In this document: one piece after another, positions 9,917 through 19,583 of the stretch
How the letters are laid out: every line of letters starts with the position of its first letter
Numbering within the stretch: position 1 is the first letter of the stretch
IMG/VR virus record: IMGVR_UViG_2837383163_000007
Span: 5,990-69,989 of that record
Strand: one strand, 5' to 3'
Length of the DNA stretch: 64,000 nucleotides
Source of the DNA: a virus
Translations under genes and position numbers: made by a program
The notes under the pieces: generated by a model
What the model saw: the letters and a program-made list of their open reading frames with translations, nothing else
Told to the model about the DNA's origin: nothing
Databases searched by the model: none

Positions 9917-10120
9917 ATGGAATTACCTTATAAATTACAGGTTATAGCTGTGGAATATGCGATAGAGTACATAGAGAGTGAAATGTATACAATAAATAGA
10001 TATGGATTTGCATCTGCCAATTCTAGTGAAGATTATAAAAATGCATTGCAAGGTAGATTAAATAGCTTAAAACAGGAATACAAGCAACTTAAAAGGTGGC
10101 TTGAAAGTGAGGAAGATTAA
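9917..10120 (+). CDS. Hypothetical coiled-coil protein, paralogue of 1896-2096
   Basis: Similarity to 1896-2096; AGGAG RBS. Confidence 0.7.
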   Translation: MELPYKLQVIAVEYAIEYIESEMYTINRYGFASANSSEDYKNALQGRLNSLKQEYKQLKRWLESEED

Positions 10121-10311
10121 TGAAACATTTAGTTATTGAGTATTTTGACTACTATCCTATGTATAAATTTGTGTTTGATAACGAGGAAGATGCAAGAAAA
10201 TTTGAGAAAGAACAAAATAAAATGGCGGAATACGAACCACGTACAGAATTTATTTACAGCGGGGTGATAGGTAATGAACAATATAGTCTTGCTGATAATA
10301 GCATTAAATAA
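10120..10311 (+). CDS. Hypothetical protein
   Basis: TAATG coupling with upstream gene. Confidence 0.5.
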   Translation: MKHLVIEYFDYYPMYKFVFDNEEDARKFEKEQNKMAEYEPRTEFIYSGVIGNEQYSLADNSIK

Positions 10312-10642
10312 AATCAGTGCACTGACAACACGTACATTCTTTTTGTTAACAGTATATACATTGTTGACATATATAATTTTAAAAATATATGTTGAAGATA
10401 ATGTTTTTGGTGATGAAAAGAAGGCAGTTACTGATAGTTTGATAAAAAAATACAAATTAAAAATAACGTTGGCGGTTTGTATAATAAGTTTTATTTTAAG
10501 TAATATAATACCAACTCAAGAAGAACTGGTTTTATATTTTGGAAGTAGGTATGTGACAACAGAAAATTATAAGGCAGCAAAGGGTGAATTATTAGATTTT
10601 ATAAGGGATATCAAAAAGGAGATTGAAAGTGATGGAAACTAA
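10274..10642 (+). CDS. Hypothetical membrane protein
   Basis: Hydrophobic segments; GGGGTG RBS. Confidence 0.65.
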   Translation: MNNIVLLIIALNKISALTTRTFFLLTVYTLLTYIILKIYVEDNVFGDEKKAVTDSLIKKYKLKITLAVCIISFILSNIIPTQEELVLYFGSRYVTTENYKAAKGELLDFIRDIKKEIESDGN

Positions 10643-11123
10643 AGAATTAGAAAAATACATAAATGAAAAAGTAGAAGAGTTTAGAAAAGACCTTGTTCTT
10701 GATATTAAAAATAAGGTTAAAGAAGTTGAGAGACCAAAAACAATATGGGATTTAAAAATTGAAGATGGAGAAACATATTATAATATAAGACCAGATGGAT
10801 ACATAAGGACACAGCATTTTAATTCTATATATGATTGTGATACTAGAGATATGGGGAACGCACTTTTAACTAAAGAAGAGGCTGAATTTGAAGTCGAGAG
10901 GTTAAAGATTTTAGCTATTATGAAAAAGTATAGTAGACCTTTTAAAAAAGAAGATGAAAATTGGGTTATATCTTTTGATGAAACTGAAAACTTTATTACC
11001 TATGATATTTGGTGGGATATAAACTTTAGTGTACCAATTTTTGAATCAAGAGAAATGGCACAAAAGGTAGTGGAGGAAATAGGTGAAGATAGATTAAAGA
11101 AATATTATTTTAGATTAGAGTAG
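10632..11123 (+). CDS. Hypothetical phage protein
   Basis: AAGGAG RBS; GN..LTKEEAE motif typical of Firmicute phage accessory proteins. Confidence 0.7.
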   Translation: METKELEKYINEKVEEFRKDLVLDIKNKVKEVERPKTIWDLKIEDGETYYNIRPDGYIRTQHFNSIYDCDTRDMGNALLTKEEAEFEVERLKILAIMKKYSRPFKKEDENWVISFDETENFITYDIWWDINFSVPIFESREMAQKVVEEIGEDRLKKYYFRLE

Positions 11124-11134
11124 AGGGGTAGAGA

Positions 11135-11446
11135 GTGAATAAAAACTTTGGATTAAAATTTACATATTGTGTGTTAGGAATTGCCTTACTAATTTTTGTG
11201 TTTGTCCTAGGTTTTTCTATCGGAGTGATGAGTGCCTTTTCTGATATTAGAACATATGCAGGCACTGTCGTAGAAAAAGAGTATCTTCCGGAAGAAGTCA
11301 AGAAAGATCCAGAAACTAAATCTATAGAAAAGTATGACGAGTAATATCTAGTAAAAGTCAAAGACCACGCAGGTGATATAGTTGTTATGAATGTTACAAA
11401 AGAGGAATTTAATCAAATAGATATAGGTGAGAAATTAAAAAGATAG
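11135..11446 (+). pseudogene. Membrane-anchored phage protein (DUF1372-like) interrupted by an in-frame TAA at 11342
   Basis: Frame continues after the stop as YLVKVKDHAGDIVVMNVTKEEFNQIDIGEKLKR. Confidence 0.6.
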
Positions 11447-11450
11447 GGAA

Positions 11451-11675
11451 GTGATAAAAATGAATTTAGTGATATATGCAGATGATGAGATTATATTCAA
11501 TCCAGATACTATATATAGGGATGGTAAAACCATAAAGGCTAAAAAAAATTTGGACTACTATCATTTATGCGAATTTAAAAATGATGATATAGCGAAAGAG
11601 TACTTCATCGGTTTAAAGAATAGTATTCATGATAAGCCAAGAGGTATGGATATCATTAATGTCAAATTTGAATAG
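11451..11675 (+). CDS. Hypothetical protein
   Basis: ORF in co-oriented run. Confidence 0.55.
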   Translation: MIKMNLVIYADDEIIFNPDTIYRDGKTIKAKKNLDYYHLCEFKNDDIAKEYFIGLKNSIHDKPRGMDIINVKFE

Positions 11676-11957
11676 AAAAAAATAATATTAAAAATCAAGA
11701 AATTTACAAAAAATTTATTAGAGTGTGGACAACATGGAAAATAAAAAAAAGAAGGTGATTTGATGTCAAATATTATAAAATATCCAAGTCAAAAAATTAC
11801 AGAAATGGTTAGAAATTTATTTGAGGAAAATATAGAAATACAAACCATAGGTAGTGAAGCAATCTTAGACAAAGAGTATATTTAATTAAAAAAACATAAA
11901 AACACTAGAAGAGCAGTTAATGGAAATAGATACAAAAATTAAAGGAGGAGATAAAAG

Positions 11958-12275
11958 TTGATTAAATTAGTAGATATTGAAAGTGTAGAGGAATATACAG
12001 AGTTTGGCACTTGTGAGATTTGTTCTTATTCCATGGATTATATATTTGAATATTTTGTCTTTGAAGATGATAAAACGGGTGAGAGGAGAAGCATTCTTAA
12101 TGGGGAATGGTGTTGGGGAGATTTCGGTGAGTATTTTTATAATTTAGGTCAAATTAATATATGTGATTTAGCAAGTTTTATAAAGGGTAAGAATATACAA
12201 ACATTTGACGAAATGTCTGAAAAGTTAATACCTATTGTAGAAGAATATGCAAAAATAAATCATATAAGAGTGTAA
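11958..12275 (+). CDS. Hypothetical protein with CxxC
   Basis: AAGGAGGAG RBS; GTCEIC. Confidence 0.65.
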   Translation: MIKLVDIESVEEYTEFGTCEICSYSMDYIFEYFVFEDDKTGERRSILNGEWCWGDFGEYFYNLGQINICDLASFIKGKNIQTFDEMSEKLIPIVEEYAKINHIRV

Positions 12276-12300
12276 AGATAAAGATTAAAGGAGAGATGAC

Positions 12301-12795
12301 GTGAAGATTAAAGTTATAAATTATAGAGGAGATATATTTTTTTTAAATCCCGATTCTATATATGAAATAAGTGATTGTGTTTATGCTGGTTCAGTAGAGT
12401 CTGATAAAACGTTTGTCTTATATTGGGGAGAAAACACAAACTCTGTAATGGAATACATTGGAAGTCTTATAATGTATTCTGATTATTCAAATAGAGAAGA
12501 AATATTGATAAATCTATATAAATTCGACACTTGGTGTAATAGGTTTTCTAAAGAGAAATCAGATGATATAAAGCATGGTGATAAGATTATGTTCAACAGT
12601 AGAGAATCTTATGTTATTGATTTAGACTTAGATTTTGACGAAGGAAGTGACTATGAGTTATTTGACGGAGAAGGAGGAATACTTATATTTGATTATTTAA
12701 CTATGAAACCAGTTGATAGATATTTAAGCATAGAAAGTTTAAACTTAGATTATAAAGAGTATCACAATAACGAGATTGTAAAATTAGAGAGATAA
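12301..12795 (+). CDS. Hypothetical protein
   Basis: AAAGGAG RBS. Confidence 0.65.
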   Translation: MKIKVINYRGDIFFLNPDSIYEISDCVYAGSVESDKTFVLYWGENTNSVMEYIGSLIMYSDYSNREEILINLYKFDTWCNRFSKEKSDDIKHGDKIMFNSRESYVIDLDLDFDEGSDYELFDGEGGILIFDYLTMKPVDRYLSIESLNLDYKEYHNNEIVKLER

Positions 12796-12878
12796 AAATT
12801 ATAATTTCAAATACTATTTATATAGATGATAATTAAAGTAATACTGAGAACAATACAATTGATTATAAATTTGTAGTC

Positions 12879-12907
12879 TTGCTTGCATATTTTTTGCATT
12901 TTAAAAT
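12879..12907 (+). promoter_or_regulatory. Putative SigA promoter upstream of the polymerase operon
   Basis: TTGCTT-17 bp-TAAAAT. Confidence 0.45.
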
Positions 12908-12933
12908 ACAAATTAAAACATAAAGGAGGAAAT

Positions 12934-13230
12934 ATGATATATATAGATTTATTAAAAGGGAAAGACGGGGAAATGGGAGGTGACCCAAGGATATTAACGG
13001 AAGAGTTTATAAATATAGTTATGAACTTTTATGGAATGATTGTTGCAGCAGATAAAAGAAATCAATTTACATTTAAAAATATAATGGAAAGTGCTATAGA
13101 GAGAGCAAAAAAAGATAGGATTGCAGAAAAGATTAAAAACAATAGGACCGTAAATAAAGAAATAACTAGAAATCTAAAAGAATGTGAAAAAGCACTACAT
13201 GAATATATAAGCAAGAAGAATTTTAATTAG
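12934..13230 (+). CDS. Hypothetical protein
   Basis: AAAGGAGG RBS before ATG at 12934. Confidence 0.65.
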   Translation: MIYIDLLKGKDGEMGGDPRILTEEFINIVMNFYGMIVAADKRNQFTFKNIMESAIERAKKDRIAEKIKNNRTVNKEITRNLKECEKALHEYISKKNFN

Positions 13231-13240
13231 GTGGTGTAGA

Positions 13241-16200
13241 ATGTACTATAACAATTATCATAAACATACTCATTATTCAAATATTAAAACAATAGATGTA
13301 ATCGTAAAAATAGAAGATTATCTTGACAGAATGGTTGAGTTAGGACATAAAAATTATTTTACAACAGAACATGGATATCAAGGAAATTTATTCGACACTC
13401 TGAATGCTATAGATAAAAAGAATGCAAATCTACCAGATGAAAAAAAAATAAAAATGGTAGTTGGTTCTGAATTATACTATGTAAAAGATATTAATTTAGA
13501 CAAAAAAAATAGGAGTAGCTATCACTTAATTATGGTGGCTATAAATAATAAAGGTGTGGAACAGATAAATGAACTTCTTTCCTATGCCAACATAGATGGT
13601 CATTATTATAAGCCAAGAGTAGATAGGAAAATGATTGAAAGTTGCATAAACCCTAAAGATGTAATTGTAACAAGTGCTTGTGTAGCTGGTATTGCTGCTG
13701 AATGGTGTTCTTATGCAGAAGATAATATTAAGTGGTTTAAAAACTTTTTTAGGGATAACTTTTTTCTTGAAATACAATCTCATAATCACCCAACACAAGT
13801 AAAACATAATGTTAGAATGAAAGAATTTTCGAGAAAATATGATATACAGCTTATTCATGCCAATGATTCACACTACATATTCCCAGAGGATTCTGTTTAT
13901 AGAGATTTGTTTTTAAAAGGAAAAGGATTCAATTATCCTGAAGAAAGTGGTTTTGTTTTAGATTATCCTGACTATCAAGAAATAGTAAAAAGATATGATA
14001 AACAAGGTGTTTTTAGCAACAGCGAAATATTAAAAGCCATTGATAATACATTAGTGTTTGATAGGTGCGAAGAAATAACTTTGTACAATAAAGAAATTAA
14101 GATACCTAAGATATCAAAAAATCCCAACAAAGACCTAAAAGACTTATTAAATGAATTATGGAAAAAGGAAAAGAAGAACATACCTAATGATTTAAAGAAA
14201 AACTATATAAAAGCTATTAGAGATGAAACCAATATAATAGAGAATACTTATATGGAAGAGTATTTCTTATTAAATAATAAAATATGCAATGTAGCAAGGG
14301 ATAAATATAATGCCTTTATATCTCTAACAGGTAGAGGCTCAGCAGGGTCTTTTTATATTAACAAACTTTTAGGACTTATAGGCATGGATAGAATAACATC
14401 TCCAGTAACTCTGTATCCAACAAGATTTATGAGTATATCAAGGATACTTGAAACAAAATCTTTGCCCGATATAGATTTAAACACATCTAACCAAGAGTTG
14501 CTGATTAAAGCAAGTGAAGATGTGATAGGTAAAGAAAATTGTGGTTGGATGATATCGTATAAACCATTGCAAGACTCTTCAGCATTTAGATTGTGGTGTA
14601 AGGCTAAAGATATGGATTTTAATGAGTACAATGATATTGCTAAAAATATCGAAGAATATTATGAACACCCTAAGTGGGGTTCAATAATTAAAGAAAGTCA
14701 AGTATTTGTTGGTGTTATAGAGTCAATAGCACCAAGTCCTTGTTCTTTGCTTTTATCAACTGAAAGAGTAAGTAAACATATAGGCTATATAAAGATAAAA
14801 GATAAGGTTTGTTGTAATTTAGATGGTATGAACTGTGATATTTACAAGTATCTTAAAAACGATTATCTTCAAGTATCAATCATGAAGATAGTAGAAGATA
14901 CTTGTAAACTTGCAAATATAGAGATACCAACATCAAACGAATTACAAAATATGTTAGACAGTAAAACATTTGATATATACAGAAAAGGTTTAACTTGTAC
15001 GGTAAATCAAGCAGATTCAGATTTTGCAACACCTCTAGTTATGAAATATAAACCTCAATCTGTATCAGAGGTATGTGCTTTTGTGGCAGCTATCAGACCC
15101 GGTTTTAAGTCTTTGCTTCATAATTTTTTAGAAAGAAAACCATATACAACTGGGGTTAAAGAACTTGATGATTTGTTAGAAGATTCATTCCATTATATGT
15201 TATACCAAGAATCTATAATGAAGTATTTGATATGGTTAGGTATAGAAGAATCTGAAACTTACACCATAATAAAGAAAATAAGTAAAAAGAAATTTAAGGA
15301 AGATGAATTAATAAAATTGAAGGAACAACTTCACAAGGGCTGGATTAAGGTTGTTGGACGAGAAGAAGGGTTTGAACAGACATGGCAAGTAGTTGAAGAT
15401 GCATCCAAATATTCTTTTAATGCATCACATTCATTAGCATATGCTTATGACAGTTTATATTGTGCTTATTTAAAATCGCATTATCCACTAGAATATTATA
15501 CAGCTACACTAAATTTATACGAAAAAGATACAGATAGAACTAAGAAACTTATAAATGAATTGATATCGTTTGATATAAAATTAGAAAAATCTATATTTAG
15601 ATATTCTAAATCTGATTATTTTTTTGATAGAGATAAGAACACTATTTACAAAGGTGTATCCTCTATTAAAGGTATGAATGAAGAGGTTGGTAATTTTCTA
15701 TATAGCTTAAAAGACGAAGATATAACCTTTATAGATTTAATAAAAAGGTCAAAAGGCATAATGAATAAAACTCATTTTGAAACATTAATTAAACTTGATT
15801 TTTTTAAAGAGTTTGGGAAACAAAAATACCTACTGGATTTATATAATATTTTCACAAAATATAATGGAGTTAAACAAATAAAAAAAGATAATTTAGAAAT
15901 TCCGATAGGGATAGTAAAAGAATGTTCAGAAAAGGAGACTCAAAAATTATTTAAAGAAATTGATTCCAATAGATTAATTAATCTGTTAGCTAGAAACATT
16001 AATAATATAGATATACCTATAGAAGAACAAATAAGTTTTTCAATGGAAACAACCGGTTCATTCAAAACAACAGATGAGCTAGGCAAATTATCCTATGTAG
16101 TTTTAAAAATAGATAAATATAAAGATTATGTTTTAAGTGTTATTAATGTAAATACAGGTAATGTATATAAGTTGAAATCCAAAGTAGGTGTAATACCACC

Positions 16201-16339
16201 AATAAAAAAGAATTCTATTTTACAGATAGAGGAGCTTGAAAAAAGACCTAAGAATGTTCTAGCAGATGGGAAATGGATAAAATCTAAAACAGAGTTTGAT
16301 TTATGGATAACAAAGGCAAAGATATTGTATAGCGTATAA
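13241..16339 (+). CDS. dnaE: DNA polymerase III alpha subunit (phage DnaE, SPbeta YorL-like)
   Basis: PHP HxHxxYS and TEHG, NDSHY, GRGSA, PDIDL, IRPG, YQE, YSFNASHS motifs. Confidence 0.95.
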   Translation: MYYNNYHKHTHYSNIKTIDVIVKIEDYLDRMVELGHKNYFTTEHGYQGNLFDTLNAIDKKNANLPDEKKIKMVVGSELYYVKDINLDKKNRSSYHLIMVAINNKGVEQINELLSYANIDGHYYKPRVDRKMIESCINPKDVIVTSACVAGIAAEWCSYAEDNIKWFKNFFRDNFFLEIQSHNHPTQVKHNVRMKEFSRKYDIQLIHANDSHYIFPEDSVYRDLFLKGKGFNYPEESGFVLDYPDYQEIVKRYDKQGVFSNSEILKAIDNTLVFDRCEEITLYNKEIKIPKISKNPNKDLKDLLNELWKKEKKNIPNDLKKNYIKAIRDETNIIENTYMEEYFLLNNKICNVARDKYNAFISLTGRGSAGSFYINKLLGLIGMDRITSPVTLYPTRFMSISRILETKSLPDIDLNTSNQELLIKASEDVIGKENCGWMISYKPLQDSSAFRLWCKAKDMDFNEYNDIAKNIEEYYEHPKWGSIIKESQVFVGVIESIAPSPCSLLLSTERVSKHIGYIKIKDKVCCNLDGMNCDIYKYLKNDYLQVSIMKIVEDTCKLANIEIPTSNELQNMLDSKTFDIYRKGLTCTVNQADSDFATPLVMKYKPQSVSEVCAFVAAIRPGFKSLLHNFLERKPYTTGVKELDDLLEDSFHYMLYQESIMKYLIWLGIEESETYTIIKKISKKKFKEDELIKLKEQLHKGWIKVVGREEGFEQTWQVVEDASKYSFNASHSLAYAYDSLYCAYLKSHYPLEYYTATLNLYEKDTDRTKKLINELISFDIKLEKSIFRYSKSDYFFDRDKNTIYKGVSSIKGMNEEVGNFLYSLKDEDITFIDLIKRSKGIMNKTHFETLIKLDFFKEFGKQKYLLDLYNIFTKYNGVKQIKKDNLEIPIGIVKECSEKETQKLFKEIDSNRLINLLARNINNIDIPIEEQISFSMETTGSFKTTDELGKLSYVVLKIDKYKDYVLSVINVNTGNVYKLKSKVGVIPPIKKNSILQIEELEKRPKNVLADGKWIKSKTEFDLWITKAKILYSV

Positions 16340-16364
16340 TTTTGTGTGTAGAGAAAGGAGTAAA

Positions 16365-16811
16365 ATGTATAGTATATTTCAAATAGCTAAATATTATAAA
16401 CAAAAAGAGAATAGAATATCTCATAGGAAGTTACAACTTTTATGCTGGTATGCACAATCATGGTACTTATTTTTAAATAATAACCATAAATACAATATTA
16501 AAGAAAGACTGTTTGATGATATTCCTGAAGCTTGGACTCATGGAGCAACATATATATCACTTTATGATGATATATATAAAAATGATTGTAGGGGAATAAA
16601 CAGTTCTAAAGATATTGACTCTAAGAAAACAATTAAATTTTTAGAAGAAGTTTATTTAGAATATGGAAAATATACCACTTCTGAATTAGAATCAATAATG
16701 TTGCAAGAATATGCTTTTTGTAAAGCGAGAAATGGTATGAAGCCATCAACACCATCCTGCATAAAAATAGACATAAGAGATGTTTTTGATGACTATATAC
16801 ATAGGCAATAA
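16365..16811 (+). CDS. Panacea/SocA (DUF4065, GepA-like) antitoxin-domain protein
   Basis: KLQLLCWYAQ, EAWTHG, YGKYT..ELE motifs. Confidence 0.8.
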   Translation: MYSIFQIAKYYKQKENRISHRKLQLLCWYAQSWYLFLNNNHKYNIKERLFDDIPEAWTHGATYISLYDDIYKNDCRGINSSKDIDSKKTIKFLEEVYLEYGKYTTSELESIMLQEYAFCKARNGMKPSTPSCIKIDIRDVFDDYIHRQ

Positions 16812-16919
16812 TATATAAAAGGTAAATCTGATTGGTTTGCAATAAGATAAAGTGATAGATTTATAAAATACCATCGAAAGATGTTTACATAGATATTATA
16901 TTTTAAAAGAGGTGATGTT

Positions 16920-19067
16920 TTGAGTAAAATCAAAGTGATAAAAAAAGACGGAACAGTTGAAGATTTCAATATGGACAAAATATATAAAGCAATAGAGAAA
17001 TCTGCTCAAAGAGTAATGAAGCATCTAAAAGAAGATGAAAAACCATGGATAAAAGCTAGTATTTTAGAAAATATTTCAGGTAAAAATAGTATACCAGTAA
17101 AAGATATACATTTGTATGTTGAAAAAATTCTATCTAAGTTAGACGATGAAATAGCAAAGTCATATAAAGATTATAGAAACTACAAGACATCTTTTGTTTC
17201 TATGTTAGATAATGTTTATCAAGAAAGTCAAAAAATAAGATATATAGGTGATAAAGAGAACAGTAATTCAGATTCAACTCTTGTTTCTACTAAAAGAAGT
17301 TTGATTTATAGTGTCTTGAATAAAGAGATGTATAAGAAGTTTTTTTTAACAGTAGAAGAAATAGAAGCTATAAAAAAAGGATATATCTACATACATGATA
17401 TGAACGCTAGATTAGATTCGATAAATTGTTGTCTTGCAGATGTGGGAACTATTTTAAAAGACGGATTTGAAATGGGGAATATTTGGTACAATGAACCTAA
17501 AACCCTTGATGTTGCATTTGATGTATTAGGAGATATAATATTTAGTATGTCATCTCAACAGTATGGAGGATTCACTGTTCCAGAGGTAGATACTTTATTA
17601 AAGCCATATGCTGAGAAAAGCTATCTAATATACAAAAACGAGTTCTTCCAAATAGCTGATAAATTTTATGTAAGTCGTGAAGATAATATTATTGAAAAGG
17701 CAGAAGAATATGCTATTGAAAAATTATGGAGAGATATGGAACAAGGTTTTCAAGGAATAGAATATAAACTTAATACAGTAGGTTCTAGTAGAGGTGATTA
17801 TAGTTTTGTAACATTTACTTTTGGATTAGGAAAAACTACATTTGAAAAAATGTTATCTAAAACTTGTTTAAGAGTTAGAAGGAAAGGACAAGGGAAGAGA
17901 GGCTTTAAAAAACCTGTATTATTCCCAAAGCTTGTATTCCTTTATGATGAAAAATTACATGGAGAGGGTAAGGAATTAGGAGATGTTTTTGATGAAGCAG
18001 TAAAATGCAGTCAATCTTCTATGTATCCAGACTTTCTTAGTTTGACTGGAGATGGATATGTGCCTGATATATATAAAGAATACGGTAAAATAATATCTCC
18101 GATGGGTTGTAGGGCTTTTTTATCACCTTATTATGAAAGAGGTGAGATTGAACCATTAGATAGTGAAGATACACCAATTTTTACTGGAAGAGCAAATCTA
18201 GGTGTTATATCACTTCATTTACCAATGATATATGCAAAGGCAAAAAGAGAAAGTAAAAATTTTTATGATGTATTAGATTATTATTTAGAGATTATAAGAG
18301 GATTACATCTTAGAACATATGATTATTTAGCTGAGATGAAGGCTAGTACAAATCCTTTAGGATTTTGTGAAGGTGGGTTCTATAAAGGTAATCTTAAACC
18401 AGATGATAAGATAGAACCTGTAATAAAAAGTTTTACATTATCTTTTGGCATTACAGCTTTAAATGAATTACAACAGATACATAATCAGAAATCATTGGTT
18501 CAAGATGGAGAATTTGCTCTAGAAGTAATGGAATATATTAAGAGCAAAGTAGAAGAATTTAAAAGACAAGATGGTAAACTCTATGCTATATACGGTTCAC
18601 CAGCAGAAAGTTTATGTTCTAAACAAGTACAGCAATTTAGAAAAGAGTTTGGTATAATTAAGAATGTTTCAGATAGAGAATATGTGTCCAATTCATTTCA
18701 TTGCCACGTATCAGAGGACATAAACCCAATACAAAAACAAGATTTAGAAAAGAGGTTCTGGAGTTATTTCAACGGAGGCAAAATACAATATGTTAAATAT
18801 CCTATATCTTATAACTTTGAAGCAATCAAAAGTCTTGTCAGAAGAGCTATGGAATTAGGATTTTATGAAGGAGTAAATTTGTCACTATCTTATTGTAATG
18901 AGTGTGGGTATGAAGAACTTAATATGGACACTTGCCCTCAATGTGGAAGTAATGATTTAACAAAGATAGACCGAATGAATGGATATTTAAGTTATAGCAG
19001 AGTAAAAGGTGAATCACGATTGAATGATGGAAAGATGGCAGAAATTAGAGATAGAGTTAGTATGTAG
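16920..19067 (+). CDS. nrdD: Anaerobic (class III) ribonucleoside-triphosphate reductase with ATP cone
   Basis: VIKKDG ATP cone, YIHD, NCC, MGCR, SPAESL, CxxC...CxxC, RMNGY glycyl-radical site. Confidence 0.96.
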   Translation: MSKIKVIKKDGTVEDFNMDKIYKAIEKSAQRVMKHLKEDEKPWIKASILENISGKNSIPVKDIHLYVEKILSKLDDEIAKSYKDYRNYKTSFVSMLDNVYQESQKIRYIGDKENSNSDSTLVSTKRSLIYSVLNKEMYKKFFLTVEEIEAIKKGYIYIHDMNARLDSINCCLADVGTILKDGFEMGNIWYNEPKTLDVAFDVLGDIIFSMSSQQYGGFTVPEVDTLLKPYAEKSYLIYKNEFFQIADKFYVSREDNIIEKAEEYAIEKLWRDMEQGFQGIEYKLNTVGSSRGDYSFVTFTFGLGKTTFEKMLSKTCLRVRRKGQGKRGFKKPVLFPKLVFLYDEKLHGEGKELGDVFDEAVKCSQSSMYPDFLSLTGDGYVPDIYKEYGKIISPMGCRAFLSPYYERGEIEPLDSEDTPIFTGRANLGVISLHLPMIYAKAKRESKNFYDVLDYYLEIIRGLHLRTYDYLAEMKASTNPLGFCEGGFYKGNLKPDDKIEPVIKSFTLSFGITALNELQQIHNQKSLVQDGEFALEVMEYIKSKVEEFKRQDGKLYAIYGSPAESLCSKQVQQFRKEFGIIKNVSDREYVSNSFHCHVSEDINPIQKQDLEKRFWSYFNGGKIQYVKYPISYNFEAIKSLVRRAMELGFYEGVNLSLSYCNECGYEELNMDTCPQCGSNDLTKIDRMNGYLSYSRVKGESRLNDGKMAEIRDRVSM

Positions 19068-19079
19068 GAGGTTGATTTA

Positions 19080-19583
19080 TTGAATTATCATAATATAACC
19101 ACCAATGATATGCTCAATGGAGAGGGGTTAAGAAGTACACTATGGGTATCCGGATGTGATCATTATTGTGTAAATTGTCATAATAAAGAAACATGGGATA
19201 GTAATTCAGGGATACTTTTTGATAGGCGTGCAGAAAAAGAACTTTTTGATAGTTTAAGACCAGATTATATATCTGGTCTAACTATTAGTGGGGGAGACCC
19301 TTTAAACAAAAATAATATATTAGAAGTTCAAAGAATATTAATGATGTTTAAGCTTAGATTTCCTAACAAAACTGTATGGCTATATACGGGGTACAGATGG
19401 GAAGATGTTAAATTAGCACCACTTTTCCAGTATGTAGATGTTTTAGTAGACGGTAAATTTGAACAGGATAAATATGACATTAATTATCCTTATGCTGGTT
19501 CAACGAATCAAAGAGTGATAGATGTACAGAAAAGTTTAAAGGAAAATAAGGTTATTTTATATAAGCTGAAAGGAGTATTATAA
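19080..19583 (+). CDS. nrdG: Anaerobic RNR activating radical-SAM protein
   Basis: NGEGLR, CxxxCxxC, GGDP, GSTNQR. Confidence 0.96.
   Translation: MNYHNITTNDMLNGEGLRSTLWVSGCDHYCVNCHNKETWDSNSGILFDRRAEKELFDSLRPDYISGLTISGGDPLNKNNILEVQRILMMFKLRFPNKTVWLYTGYRWEDVKLAPLFQYVDVLVDGKFEQDKYDINYPYAGSTNQRVIDVQKSLKENKVILYKLKGVL

Noticed and set aside
11342..11344. Stop-codon reassignment suggested by in-frame TAA codons
   Set aside because: TAA, TAG and TGA all end genes normally, long genes are uninterrupted in code 11, and no suppressor tRNA was seen
13241..19067. Inteins or group I introns in dnaE and nrdD
   Set aside because: Both ORFs are continuous and of normal size, with no splicing motifs noticed
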